A stretch of DNA of 64,000 nucleotides, taken from positions 35,007 through 99,006 of the forward strand of contig CAKNPW010000001.1 in NCBI GenBank assembly GCA_930990555.1. Direction: 5' to 3'. Within the stretch, counting starts at the first letter, position 1. The number at the start of each line of letters is the position of its first letter. The position numbers and the translations under genes are program-made. The DNA is from an uncultured Clostridium sp. GTDB taxonomy: Bacteria > Bacillota > Clostridia > TANB77 > CAG-508. This document shows positions 47,746 through 58,129 of the stretch, piece by piece. The notes beneath the pieces were generated by a model that saw nothing but the letters and a program-made list of their open reading frames with translations, did not search any database and was not told the origin of the DNA.

Positions 47746-49447
47746 ATACTTCTTGGTATATTTTATTTGTTTTTAATAATTCATCTGATGTTCCTATTCC
47801 ATCTATTCTACCATTATCCATAACAATTATTTTATCTGCATCTATAATTGAACTTATTCTTTGAGCTATTATTATTTTTGTTGTATTAGGTATTTTTTCT
47901 CTAAATGCTTTTCTTATAAGTGCATCTGTTTTAGTATCTACAGCACTTGTAGAATCATCTAGAATTAATATTTTTGGTTTTTTTAGTAATGCTCTTGCTA
48001 TACAAATTCTTTGTTTTTGACCACCTGATACGTTAGTTCCACCTTGGTCCAATACTGTTTGATATTTATCTGGTAATTCTTGTATAAAACTATCTGCTTG
48101 AGCTAATTTGCATGCTTCTACTAACTCTTCATCTGTAGCTTTTTCATTACCCCATCTTAAGTTCTCTGCTATAGTTCCAGAGAATAATACATTTTTTTGT
48201 AAAACCATAGCAACTCCATTTCTTAAAGTCTCTAAGTCATAGTCTCTAACATCTACTCCTCCAACTTTTACGAAACCAGATTTTACATCATATAATCTTG
48301 GAATTAAATTAACTAAAGATGTTTTTGAACTACCTGTTCCTCCAATAATTCCGATTACTTCACCAGCATTAATTTTTAAATTAATATCCTCAAGTGGAAG
48401 CATCTCATTTGCTTTTGCATCATCATATTGGAAGTCTACATCTATAAATTCTATACTTCCATCTTTTATTTCTTTAATTGTTTTTTCTTTATTTTTGATA
48501 GTTGGTTCTTCTGTTAAAACTTCAACTATTCTTTCTGCTGATGATTCTGAAATAATTATCATAACTAATACCATAGAAAGCATCATTAAACTTGATAATA
48601 TTTGCCATGCATATGTAATTAAGCTTGATAATTGTCCTGTTTGCATTCCTCCTGTTACAATTGCCTTTGCTCCAAGCCATGACAATAATAAAATACAACC
48701 ATATATTGCAATTTGCATAAGTGGACTATTGAATATTACTATTTTCTCAGCCTTTTTAAATAATCTATATACTAAAGAATTAACGTCCCCGAATTTTTTC
48801 TCTTCGAAATCTTCTGTTGCAAAAGATTTAACAACTCTTATTGCATTCAAATTTTCTCCAACAACTCTGTTTAATTCATCATATTTTTTAAATACTTTTT
48901 CAAAATATGGATGTGCTTTTATAGAAATAAAAGCTAATAATATTGCAAGTGGTATCATAGTTACTACATATACTATTGATAGTTCCTTATTGATAGAAAA
49001 TGCCATAACTAATGCAAATACTATCATTACAGGACCTCTTACCAATGCTCTTATTATCATTTGAAAAGCCATTTGAACATTTGTAACATCTGTTGTTAGT
49101 CTTGTTACTAAACTGGATGTAGAAAATTTATCTATATTTGTAAAAGAATAATTTTGGATGTTATAAAACATTCCCTGTCTTAAATTTTTAGCAAATCCTG
49201 AAGATGCTACAGAAGCAAATCTTCCTGAAAGTACTCCAAATATTAAAGACATAATGGCTGAAATTACTAACATGATTCCTACTCTAACAATATAGTCTAA
49301 GTCATTATTTTGAATTCCTACGTCAATTATTCTTGCCATAAGGTATGGTATTACTACCTCCATTACAATTTCTAAAACTACCATAAATGGTGTTAGAATT
49401 GCATATTTTTTGTACTGCTTGATGTATTTTGCTAGTTCTTTTATCAT
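47696..49447 (-). CDS. ABC transporter, fused permease/ATP-binding subunit (heterodimer partner)
   Basis: GGTGSSKTS degenerate Walker A, VSGGQKQR signature, ILILDDSTSAVD. Confidence 0.8.
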   Translation of the reverse strand: MIKELAKYIKQYKKYAILTPFMVVLEIVMEVVIPYLMARIIDVGIQNNDLDYIVRVGIMLVISAIMSLIFGVLSGRFASVASSGFAKNLRQGMFYNIQNYSFTNIDKFSTSSLVTRLTTDVTNVQMAFQMIIRALVRGPVMIVFALVMAFSINKELSIVYVVTMIPLAILLAFISIKAHPYFEKVFKKYDELNRVVGENLNAIRVVKSFATEDFEEKKFGDVNSLVYRLFKKAEKIVIFNSPLMQIAIYGCILLLSWLGAKAIVTGGMQTGQLSSLITYAWQILSSLMMLSMVLVMIIISESSAERIVEVLTEEPTIKNKEKTIKEIKDGSIEFIDVDFQYDDAKANEMLPLEDINLKINAGEVIGIIGGTGSSKTSLVNLIPRLYDVKSGFVKVGGVDVRDYDLETLRNGVAMVLQKNVLFSGTIAENLRWGNEKATDEELVEACKLAQADSFIQELPDKYQTVLDQGGTNVSGGQKQRICIARALLKKPKILILDDSTSAVDTKTDALIRKAFREKIPNTTKIIIAQRISSIIDADKIIVMDNGRIDGIGTSDELLKTNKIYQEVYESQMGGDDTDDEKQD

Positions 49448-49538
49448 TTTTATTTCTCCTTTCTTTTTTTAGCACATTTGCTATTGTACCATAAAATATA
49501 ATTTATATCTAGCACAAATTTAAATTTTTTTAAATTTA

Positions 49539-49581
49539 TGAACTTTAGGAACAGAACTTAAAGTTCATATTTTATGTAAAA
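49539..49581. repeat. Family-B palindromic repeat, copy B4
   Basis: tgaactttaggaacagaacttaaagttcatattttatgtaaa. Confidence 0.7.
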
Positions 49582-49633
49582 TTTATTTAGTTATAATCTA
49601 TTTAATAATTTATTAATATATTTTTTTCTGCAA

Positions 49634-49662
49634 AGAAAAAAGCAGTGGTTAGCTCACTGCCT
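49634..49662 (-). terminator. Intrinsic terminator downstream of the VanY-like gene
   Basis: GCAGTG-GTTAGCTC-CACTGC followed by TTTTTTCTTTG on the minus strand. Confidence 0.6.
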
Positions 49663-49670
49663 TAAACTCC

Positions 49671-50483
49671 CTAATTATTTTTTAAATATTCTATATATTC
49701 TTCTAGACATAACCCTAAATCTTTCATTTCTTTTGCATATTCTGGTCCTACATACCTCCAATGCCAAGGCTCATATTTTATCTTTGTTATCTCTTCCTTA
49801 TCTGCTGGATATCTTAAAATGAACCCGTAATTTTCTGCATTTTCCATAAGCCATGTAAAAGCTTCTTCTTCTTCGAAAGCATAATTAACATCGTTAAAAT
49901 CTACTGCTAACCCTAAGTTATGCTCACTTTTATATGGTTCTCCAATAGATCTTGCAGTTAATGTTTCTGCTTCTTCCATAGTCTTCCCTTGTTCTAAATA
50001 CTCTTGTATGCTCTCCTCTATTAAATGCTTTTGTTTTTCTGGGTTTCTATATGTAGATTGTGCCCAAATATGATTTATTCCGACAGCATTCATATCTAAC
50101 ATCATTTGTACTAAGCTATCTATTGCCCTAGAATCAAATTGTCTAGCGTCATCAATATTGCTTAATGGTGGAATGTAATCTTTTGGCATTTCATTTTCAT
50201 AATTTACTAGCATTAAACGCCAATCACTCAGTTTTCTTAGGCTTTCTTCTGAAGTAATATGTTCTGTACTAATACTATTATCAATAATATTAGAGTCGAT
50301 AATCCCATTTAAAAGATTATTTTGTGTAACCATAGCATCAACTTCCTTACTTTCTCCTAGATGATTTAATATATACACTAATATTATACTAACTAACATG
50401 ATAATTGATACTACAATTCTATATACAAATATTATTTTATTACTTCTTTTTTGCTGTAATTCCTTATTTTCCACCATTCTCAC
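49671..50483 (-). CDS. D-alanyl-D-alanine carboxypeptidase, VanY/M15B family
   Basis: N-terminal TM anchor. LAS metallopeptidase motifs SEHNLGLAVD and EPWHWRYVG. Confidence 0.75.
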   Translation of the reverse strand: MRMVENKELQQKRSNKIIFVYRIVVSIIMLVSIILVYILNHLGESKEVDAMVTQNNLLNGIIDSNIIDNSISTEHITSEESLRKLSDWRLMLVNYENEMPKDYIPPLSNIDDARQFDSRAIDSLVQMMLDMNAVGINHIWAQSTYRNPEKQKHLIEESIQEYLEQGKTMEEAETLTARSIGEPYKSEHNLGLAVDFNDVNYAFEEEEAFTWLMENAENYGFILRYPADKEEITKIKYEPWHWRYVGPEYAKEMKDLGLCLEEYIEYLKNN

Positions 50484-50512
50484 CTAAAGTTATTTTTTAT
50501 TGGTTACCCAAT

Positions 50513-50549
50513 AACTGTGGATGCGATATCACAGATTTCGACCACAGTT
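50513..50549 (-). terminator. Hairpin immediately after the galE stop
   Basis: AACTGTGG ... CCACAGTT, an 8-bp stem with a 21-nt loop. Confidence 0.4.
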
Positions 50550-51544
50550 TAATTTATATAATTCCATGAATCAATACACATTTGTTTTAAATCTTTTTCA
50601 GCTGTCCAACCTAATTCATTTTTTGCTTTTGTAGGATCAGAATAGCAAGTATCTATATCTCCCGCTCTTCTAGGTGCTATTTTATATGGAACCTTCATTC
50701 CTGTGGCTTCTTCAAATGTTTTTACTATATCCAAAACACTATATCCTTTACCAGTTCCTAAATTATATATAAATAAGCCTTGTCCTTCCTTTTCTAATTT
50801 TTCTAATGCATTAATATGTCCTTTTGCTAAATCTACAACATGAATATAATCTCTTACTCCTGTTCCATCTGGAGTATCATAATCATTTCCAAAAATAGAT
50901 AATTCTTTTAATGTACCATTTGCAACTCTTACAATATATGGCATTAAATTATTTGGAATTCCTTGTGGCTCTTCTCCTATTAATCCACTTTCATGAGCTC
51001 CAATTGGATTAAAATATCTTAAAATCACTATATCCCAAGTACTATCTGATTTATAAACATCCTTTAATATTTGTTCTATAAATAATTTACTTGTTCCATA
51101 TGGATTTGTAGTCCCGCCTGTTTTACATTCTTCTGTAATAGGAACAACTTCTGGCTTTCCATATACAGTTGCAGAAGAGCTAAACACGAATTTTTTTACA
51201 TTATTCTCTCTCATAACATCTAATAATGTTAATGCTCCAGAAACATTATTTGTATAATATTCAATTGGTTTTTGAACAGATTCTCCAACAGCTTTAAACC
51301 CCGCAAAATTCATTACTGCTTCAATACTATTTTCTTTAAATACCTTGTCCAATTTTTCTCTATCAAGGTAATTTAGTTCATAGAATTTAAAATCTTTTCC
51401 TGTAATTTTTCTAATAGCATCTAAAACTTCTGGTTTGCTATTAGAAAAATTATCTATTATAACAACATCTCTACCTGCATTTAATAATTCTACTACTGTA
51501 TGGCTACCTATATAGCCTGCTCCACCTGTAACTAAAATTGACAT
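50549..51544 (-). CDS. galE: UDP-glucose 4-epimerase
   Basis: ILVTGGAGYIGSH Rossmann motif, YxxxK catalytic region, 331 aa. Confidence 0.85.
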   Translation of the reverse strand: MSILVTGGAGYIGSHTVVELLNAGRDVVIIDNFSNSKPEVLDAIRKITGKDFKFYELNYLDREKLDKVFKENSIEAVMNFAGFKAVGESVQKPIEYYTNNVSGALTLLDVMRENNVKKFVFSSSATVYGKPEVVPITEECKTGGTTNPYGTSKLFIEQILKDVYKSDSTWDIVILRYFNPIGAHESGLIGEEPQGIPNNLMPYIVRVANGTLKELSIFGNDYDTPDGTGVRDYIHVVDLAKGHINALEKLEKEGQGLFIYNLGTGKGYSVLDIVKTFEEATGMKVPYKIAPRRAGDIDTCYSDPTKAKNELGWTAEKDLKQMCIDSWNYIN

Positions 51545-51581
51545 ATTACTTCCTCCATTTCAATCTGATTACTAGATATTT

Positions 51582-52151
51582 TTATTTTTCATTATAAATA
51601 TCTTTGTAAATTTCATAATCTCTTAATATTTTTCTAACATAATTATTAGTCTCTCTAAAAGGTACATTTTCTATATCTGTTCCATCAGATGCAATAACAT
51701 CTTCTTGTATCCATTTATCAACATTACCACTTCCCGCATTATAGGCTGTTAATGCAATTGGAATATTTTTATATGTTTCATATAAACTAGAAAAATATTT
51801 TGTTCCAAGCATTATATTTATTTCTGGCTCTTTTAAATCCTCACTATCATATTCTATTCCTAACTTGTTGGCAGTATCTTCTGCTGTTGCATCCATAAGT
51901 TGCATCAAACCTACTGCATTACTTTTAGAAACAACTTTTGGTTTAAAGTTACTTTCAGCTTTAATTATTGCATATACTAGTAATGAATCTATATTATTTT
52001 CTTCAGCATATTTTTCTACATATTCTGAATATTTCTGCGGATAAATTTGTCTTATTATTATTTTATGTACTTCAAACACCCCAAATGCTAAATATATTAT
52101 AGCACATATAAATAGTAATATAACTATTATCTTTAGTAATTTATTTGTCAT
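51582..52151 (-). CDS. Lytic transglycosylase domain protein (SLT family), membrane-anchored
   Basis: N-terminal TM. AIIKAESNF...GLMQL catalytic ES/GLMQ motif. Confidence 0.75.
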   Translation of the reverse strand: MTNKLLKIIVILLFICAIIYLAFGVFEVHKIIIRQIYPQKYSEYVEKYAEENNIDSLLVYAIIKAESNFKPKVVSKSNAVGLMQLMDATAEDTANKLGIEYDSEDLKEPEINIMLGTKYFSSLYETYKNIPIALTAYNAGSGNVDKWIQEDVIASDGTDIENVPFRETNNYVRKILRDYEIYKDIYNEK

Positions 52152-52240
52152 TTTTTACCGTATGATATATTTATCATACTCTCCTTTCTTTTAGATTTAT
52201 TCGTATATACTCTGCTAATAACTTAAACTTTAACCATTAA

Positions 52241-54946
52241 TTATTTTAGGTCATACCAATTATATGCTTCTGAAACATCTGCTTTTAATGGTACTTTTAA
52301 TTTTATTGCATTTTCCATAGATGTCTTTAATAATTCTTTAACTTCTTCTTTTTCTTCTTCTTTTGCTTCTATTAAAAGTTCATCATGTATTTGCAATATC
52401 AATTTTGATTGCAATTTTTTTTCTTTTAATTTATTATATACATCTATCATCGCAATTTTCATTATATCTGCTGCTGTACCTTGTATTGGCGTATTCATAG
52501 CAGCTCTAGCACCAAATTGTCTAATATTAAAGTTTTTAGATTTTAGCTCTGGTATATATCTTCTCCTTTTAAATAAAGTTTCAACATACCCCTTTGCTTT
52601 CGCTTCTTCTACAATATCTGACATAAATTGTTTTATTCCACTATATTTTTCTAGATATTGATCAATATATTCTTTTGCTTTTTTCCTTGATACTCCAATT
52701 TGTTCTCCTAAACCAAAATCACTTATTCCATATACTATTCCAAAATTAACTGCTTTGGCATGAGTTCTTTGCTCTTTTGTAACCTCTTCTATTGGTACTT
52801 TAAATACACTTGCAGCAGCTTGCTTGTGTATATCTTCATTGTTATTAAAAGCTTGTATCATATGTTCATCATTTGAAATATGTGCAAGTACTCTTAACTC
52901 AATTTGTGAATAGTCTGCATCAATAAATAAATAACCTTCTTTAGGTTTAAATGCCTTCCTCAATTGCTTTCCAAGTTCTATTCTCGTTGGTATATTCTGA
53001 AGATTCGGTTCTGTAGAACTTATTCTACCAGTTGCAGTTATAGTTTGATGGAAATATGAATGTATTCTACCTGTTGCTGGATTTATATATGGCTTTAATC
53101 CTTCTACATAAGTTGAATTTAGTTTTGTTAAACTTCTATATTCTAATATTTTTTCTATTACTGGATGTTCTTTCTTTAATTTTTCTAACACATCCACATC
53201 TGTTGAATAACCTGTTTTAGTTTTCTTTATTACAGGTAATTCTAACTTTTCAAATAAAACCTCGCCTAACTGTTTTGTTGAATTTATATTAAATTCTGTT
53301 CCACTTAAACTATATATTTCTTGGGTTAATTGTTCTATATTTTGTTTTAATTTTACTCCAAATTCTTCTAATTCTTCTTTATCTATTTTTATCCCTTCAT
53401 ACTGCATTTCTGAAAGAACCTCTACTAAAGGCATCTCAATATTTTTAAACAAATCTGTTTCTTCTAATCTTTCTAATTCAACTGTAGTTTTTTCATATAA
53501 TTTTCTTATCAGATAACAATATAGTGTATTTATATTTTTATCATATTCATTATTATCTGTATTTTCTTCAAATAGATTTAGCTGTTCTTGTTTTTTTACT
53601 CCTAATGAGCTTAAATACTCGTTCATATCAAAATCTAAATATTGATATGCTACATCCTGCATTTTATATTTCATATTTGATGGGTCTAAATCATATACTG
53701 CCACTTCTGCATCATAAATTATATTATGTGGTAAAATTCCAAGTTGTTTTAATAGAATATAATCTTCTGATGTTTTATAACCATATTTTTTTATTTCACT
53801 ATTTTCAAAAATATCTTTTAATTCTTTGTTAGCTTCATTTTTAATTTTTACAAAATATGCTTTATTTTCTTCATTAATATAAAATGAAAATGTATCAAAC
53901 TCTTTTTTTATAATATATTCAGGCTTATGTACTTCTTTTGTAGAAAAATGATAAAATAATTCTTTGTATTTTAAAATTATCTCTTTTGCTTTATTTATAT
54001 TTATCTCTTCTATTTCATATTTTTCTGTAACTTTTTCTGGTTCAAAATCTTCTTCTGAAGCCAAATTAAATCTTTCTATATATCTGTTAAAATTTAATTC
54101 TTTAAATAATTTTAAAACTTCTTTTTTATCCCATTCTTCTACTTTAAAATCTTCTAAATTTTCCTCTATAGGGGCATTTACATTTATCGTTCCTAATTCT
54201 TTTGATAATAAGGCTAAATCTTTATTAGCTAGTATTCTTTCCCTCGTCTTGCCTTTAATATCTTCTGCTTGTCCTTCTTCTAGTAATTTATATAAATTAT
54301 CTATGTTTTTGTATTCTTGAATAAGTTTTAGAGCTGTTTTTTCGCCTATTCCTGGAACTCCTGGTATATTATCTGATGTATCTCCTTGAAGTCCTTTTAC
54401 TTCAATTAGTTGTTTTGGTTCTATATTGTAAATTTCTTCTACCTTAGCTTTATTAAAATCTTCAACCTCTGTTTTTCCCATTTTAGTTCTTGGTATTCTT
54501 ATTGTTACTTTATCTGTTGCAAGTTGAAATGTATCTCTATCTCCTGATAAGATTGTTACATCTAAGCCTTGCTTTTCGCCAAATACAGATAGTGTACCTA
54601 ATATGTCATCACCCTCATAGCCTTGTTTTTCGACAATATCTATATTCATGGCTTTTAAAATATCTTTTATTATAGGCATTTGACATGCTAATTCATCTGG
54701 CATACCTTTTCTATTTGCTTTATAGCCATCATACATCTCATGTCTTTTTGTAGGTCCTTTCATATCAAAAGCTACAACTAAATATTCTGGCTTAATATCT
54801 TCTAATATCTTAAACATTATAGCTAAAAAACCATAAACAGCATTTGTTGGTGTTCCATCTTTGGTTGCAAGCATTTTATTTCCCATGATCCCATAAAACG
54901 CTCTATTTAAAATGCTATTACCATCTATTAATACTAACTTTCCCAA
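52241..54946 (-). CDS. polA: DNA polymerase I
   Basis: 901 aa. 5'-nuclease N-terminus (LVLIDGNSILNRAFYG). Polymerase motifs A (DYSQIELR) and C (QIHDELLIE). Confidence 0.9.
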   Translation of the reverse strand: MGKLVLIDGNSILNRAFYGIMGNKMLATKDGTPTNAVYGFLAIMFKILEDIKPEYLVVAFDMKGPTKRHEMYDGYKANRKGMPDELACQMPIIKDILKAMNIDIVEKQGYEGDDILGTLSVFGEKQGLDVTILSGDRDTFQLATDKVTIRIPRTKMGKTEVEDFNKAKVEEIYNIEPKQLIEVKGLQGDTSDNIPGVPGIGEKTALKLIQEYKNIDNLYKLLEEGQAEDIKGKTRERILANKDLALLSKELGTINVNAPIEENLEDFKVEEWDKKEVLKLFKELNFNRYIERFNLASEEDFEPEKVTEKYEIEEININKAKEIILKYKELFYHFSTKEVHKPEYIIKKEFDTFSFYINEENKAYFVKIKNEANKELKDIFENSEIKKYGYKTSEDYILLKQLGILPHNIIYDAEVAVYDLDPSNMKYKMQDVAYQYLDFDMNEYLSSLGVKKQEQLNLFEENTDNNEYDKNINTLYCYLIRKLYEKTTVELERLEETDLFKNIEMPLVEVLSEMQYEGIKIDKEELEEFGVKLKQNIEQLTQEIYSLSGTEFNINSTKQLGEVLFEKLELPVIKKTKTGYSTDVDVLEKLKKEHPVIEKILEYRSLTKLNSTYVEGLKPYINPATGRIHSYFHQTITATGRISSTEPNLQNIPTRIELGKQLRKAFKPKEGYLFIDADYSQIELRVLAHISNDEHMIQAFNNNEDIHKQAAASVFKVPIEEVTKEQRTHAKAVNFGIVYGISDFGLGEQIGVSRKKAKEYIDQYLEKYSGIKQFMSDIVEEAKAKGYVETLFKRRRYIPELKSKNFNIRQFGARAAMNTPIQGTAADIMKIAMIDVYNKLKEKKLQSKLILQIHDELLIEAKEEEKEEVKELLKTSMENAIKLKVPLKADVSEAYNWYDLK

Positions 54947-54961
54947 AATAAACCTTCTTTC

Positions 54962-56461
54962 CTAATACATGTAACATTCTATTATTAATGTATTATTTAC
55001 AATTCCATAACCATTTTCGTTTTCTTGAACAAGATATTCTACTAATAATTCTTTAGTTAAATTTATTGTTTTTAAGCTTTTATTTGTATAAAAATTTATT
55101 AGTCCATCTGCAGACCAATCACATCTTAACGCATTATATGTTAAGACTGACTTTCTAGAAATATTTTCGAAGTATGTTTTACTATCTTGACCTTTTACCG
55201 TATAAAGTGCTATATTCTCTATTTCTATATTGTTTTTAGCCTCATAATCTTCTATATATTCTTCTATATTTTGTACTTCTTGTTCTTCATATTTATTAAC
55301 TAATTTATGTTGATATGTAATTATTATACAATTATATATACTGACAATTCCATAGATTACTAAAATTAATCCAAATATTTTTCTAAAAATTTCATCTTTA
55401 TTTTCCATTATTAGACAAAGTAATATAAAACCTAACATACTTCCAATAGAATAATGTAATCTACCTGTATAAAAACTTGATAATGTTCCTAATGAAACTA
55501 AAAAACCACATATTATACTCAAAATAATTATACATATGGATTTTATTGCTAGAAATTCCTTACTTTTCGTTTTAATATCATACACTAACGTACAAATTAA
55601 TATTAAACTTAAAAAAATATATAACAGATTTATTGGAAATAATCCAATATTTTCTTTTAAAATCGTAGTAAAATTGTTAAATATATATTTCATATTTGAA
55701 AATATATTAGTGATGCTACCTACTCTAGCTTGAACTTGTCCTGTTATGTTTCCAACAATATTTACTATCATCATGTTAATACATACAGCTATAAGTGCTA
55801 TAATACCTGCAAATAAGATATTTATTATTATCATTTTAATATTTGTTTTTATGTCTTTTTTAGTACCATTAAGTTCTACCTTATTTTTTAATAAGCTTAA
55901 AACAAAAGTTGTTATAATAAGGAAACCTGCTGTTCCTTGATATGCTATAACTCCTACAATTGCTAATAATATTGCCAAAATAATGTCTTTATTACTTTTT
56001 TTATTTACTATTAAATTTGCTGAATAAATAAATAATAATAAGCTTAATGCCATTACAATTGATTCTACAAAATACATATCTTCTATATACATAAAATTAA
56101 ATATAGTAAAAAATAAAGCAATTACTATAAATATTTCTTTCTTTAAACTTACTTCTTTATTTCTTAAAACTATATTTTTTAATTTTACAACGCATATACA
56201 AGATATTAGTAGTGCACCTAATAGTGTAGTTATTACATATACTTCTATTGGTATATTTAGCTTTGCAAATATCATAGTAATAATATACATTATAAGTCTA
56301 CCGTCTTTTAAGGACCAATTTGTAGCATATGTTTCATATCCCACATTCATAATATTATATGTATCTGTTGAATAATGCATAGTAATCCAATTAATATACA
56401 TTATAACTGCTAAAATAAATATTACAAAAAAGATTAACAAATCCTTTTGTCTTTTCTTCAT
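54962..56461 (-). CDS. Polytopic membrane protein, paralog 1 (unknown family, possibly an envelope glycan polymerase or transferase)
   Basis: 499 aa, about 12 TM helices, about 110-aa C-terminal soluble domain. Paralog of the upstream gene. Confidence 0.5.
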   Translation of the reverse strand: MKKRQKDLLIFFVIFILAVIMYINWITMHYSTDTYNIMNVGYETYATNWSLKDGRLIMYIITMIFAKLNIPIEVYVITTLLGALLISCICVVKLKNIVLRNKEVSLKKEIFIVIALFFTIFNFMYIEDMYFVESIVMALSLLLFIYSANLIVNKKSNKDIILAILLAIVGVIAYQGTAGFLIITTFVLSLLKNKVELNGTKKDIKTNIKMIIINILFAGIIALIAVCINMMIVNIVGNITGQVQARVGSITNIFSNMKYIFNNFTTILKENIGLFPINLLYIFLSLILICTLVYDIKTKSKEFLAIKSICIIILSIICGFLVSLGTLSSFYTGRLHYSIGSMLGFILLCLIMENKDEIFRKIFGLILVIYGIVSIYNCIIITYQHKLVNKYEEQEVQNIEEYIEDYEAKNNIEIENIALYTVKGQDSKTYFENISRKSVLTYNALRCDWSADGLINFYTNKSLKTINLTKELLVEYLVQENENGYGIVNNTLIIECYMY

Positions 56462-56476
56462 ATCATCACCTAAATT

Positions 56477-57985
56477 TTAAATATATGCTAAGAAGTATAG
56501 AATATCGTCCATTATTACAAAATTTCCTTCATATCCTAATTTTCTTTTTGCTGCATATTCATAAAATAACTCCCTATTTGGATATGCTTCTAAATAATTA
56601 TCTGCAAAATTTCTTCCAGTATAAAAATTAATTGTTCCTATTGCAGACCACGTACATGCAACACCATCATATGTAAGGACAGATTCATTTTTTATTTCAT
56701 CAAAATAACCATATTTTTTCATGTTTGATAATTTAAAATATCTAGCCTCTGTAACTTGAACATTATTTTCTCTTTCATATGTTTCTATGTATTCCTCTAA
56801 TCCTTCACACTGTTCTTTTTCTAACCCGTTTACTTGTTTATGTTGATATAGTAAAGATATTGTATTTACTATTGTTATAAGATTATAAGCAATTAATGTT
56901 GTTATAATTAAATATTTAATAATAGTCTCTTTTTCAAAAATACTTGTTTTACAAAATAAATAAACAAATATTACTCCTATTAAAGCACCCACAGGCACAT
57001 GAATTCTTCCTGTATCATAACTTGCAATACTAACAATGCACATTGCAAAAGTTATAAGAATAGTTAATACAAAAAGGAATATTATATTAAATACTACACC
57101 ATTTTCCTTTGTTTGAACTTCATAAATTCCAGCCATAAGTGTAATAATTAATACAAAAATCATCATTAAATAATTTGGAAACAATCCACAATTTGCAATA
57201 AACATTGTATTAAATACCATTGTTCCAAAGTTTCTTAAAACATAAATAAAATTTTCTAGTAAATTTTGTATTCCATTTAATCTTTTTTGCATAGTTCCTG
57301 CAATTTGAGTTGCAATATCAATCTGTATTAAATTAGCCAAAAAAGAAATTATTGTTATTAAAATTATTACTCCAAAATCTTTTAGTATTTCCTTTATATT
57401 TTTCCCATTTTTTGCAATAGAAAATACTACACCATATAATGCAAATAAGCCTATTGTACCTTGATAGCAAAAAGTTGCTATTATAGCCAATAATCCTGCC
57501 TTAAGTGCATATAATTTCTTTTTATATATAATTTGTTTTACTGCTAATATATAAAGTAGCACACTACATGCCATTACTGTTGCTTCTACAAAATATAAAT
57601 TTTCTACAAACATAAAGTTAAATATCGTACAATATGATATTAAAATCGCAATAACTTCCTGTAATTTTGTTTCTTTTTTGCAAAATTTCATTATCATATT
57701 TTTAAGAACTATAACTGCTATACATGATATTATTAAGCCTATAATTGTTAATGTAACTACATAAACTGTTATGGGAACATTTATTGTATTTGCAAGCATT
57801 CCTATTAAAAACATAAATATTCTTCCATCACTTAAAGAATTATTTATTGCATATTTTTCATATCCTATATTCATTATATTATATGTATCTGTTGCATAAT
57901 GCATTGATACATAATTCCAAAAAACAACCCCTGTTATTACAAATAAAATAAAAAATAGTATTAAATTTTTTGTTTTTGATTTCAT
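56477..57985 (-). CDS. Polytopic membrane protein, paralog 2
   Basis: 502 aa. Shares WNYVSMHYATDTYNIMNIGYEKYA-type N-terminus and C-terminal LTYxxxxCxWSAxGxINFYT motif with 54962-56461. Confidence 0.5.
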   Translation of the reverse strand: MKSKTKNLILFFILFVITGVVFWNYVSMHYATDTYNIMNIGYEKYAINNSLSDGRIFMFLIGMLANTINVPITVYVVTLTIIGLIISCIAVIVLKNMIMKFCKKETKLQEVIAILISYCTIFNFMFVENLYFVEATVMACSVLLYILAVKQIIYKKKLYALKAGLLAIIATFCYQGTIGLFALYGVVFSIAKNGKNIKEILKDFGVIILITIISFLANLIQIDIATQIAGTMQKRLNGIQNLLENFIYVLRNFGTMVFNTMFIANCGLFPNYLMMIFVLIITLMAGIYEVQTKENGVVFNIIFLFVLTILITFAMCIVSIASYDTGRIHVPVGALIGVIFVYLFCKTSIFEKETIIKYLIITTLIAYNLITIVNTISLLYQHKQVNGLEKEQCEGLEEYIETYERENNVQVTEARYFKLSNMKKYGYFDEIKNESVLTYDGVACTWSAIGTINFYTGRNFADNYLEAYPNRELFYEYAAKRKLGYEGNFVIMDDILYFLAYI

Positions 57986-58129
57986 GCCTTCTCCTTTATT
58001 CTTTTGTAATTTTTATATAAAATTTTTTCCTTACAATCATATAATTTTTTTATGAAATATTCAAGTGCTATTTATAATCTTTTTATATATGAAAAGAAAT
58101 GAAGGAAGGTTTCCCTTCCTTATGTTATT

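Noticed and set aside
50493-50504. Palindrome TTGGTTACCCAA between VanY and galE
   Set aside because: A 12-nt palindrome next to the galE terminator hairpin. It could be a regulator site, but a single occurrence carries little weight.
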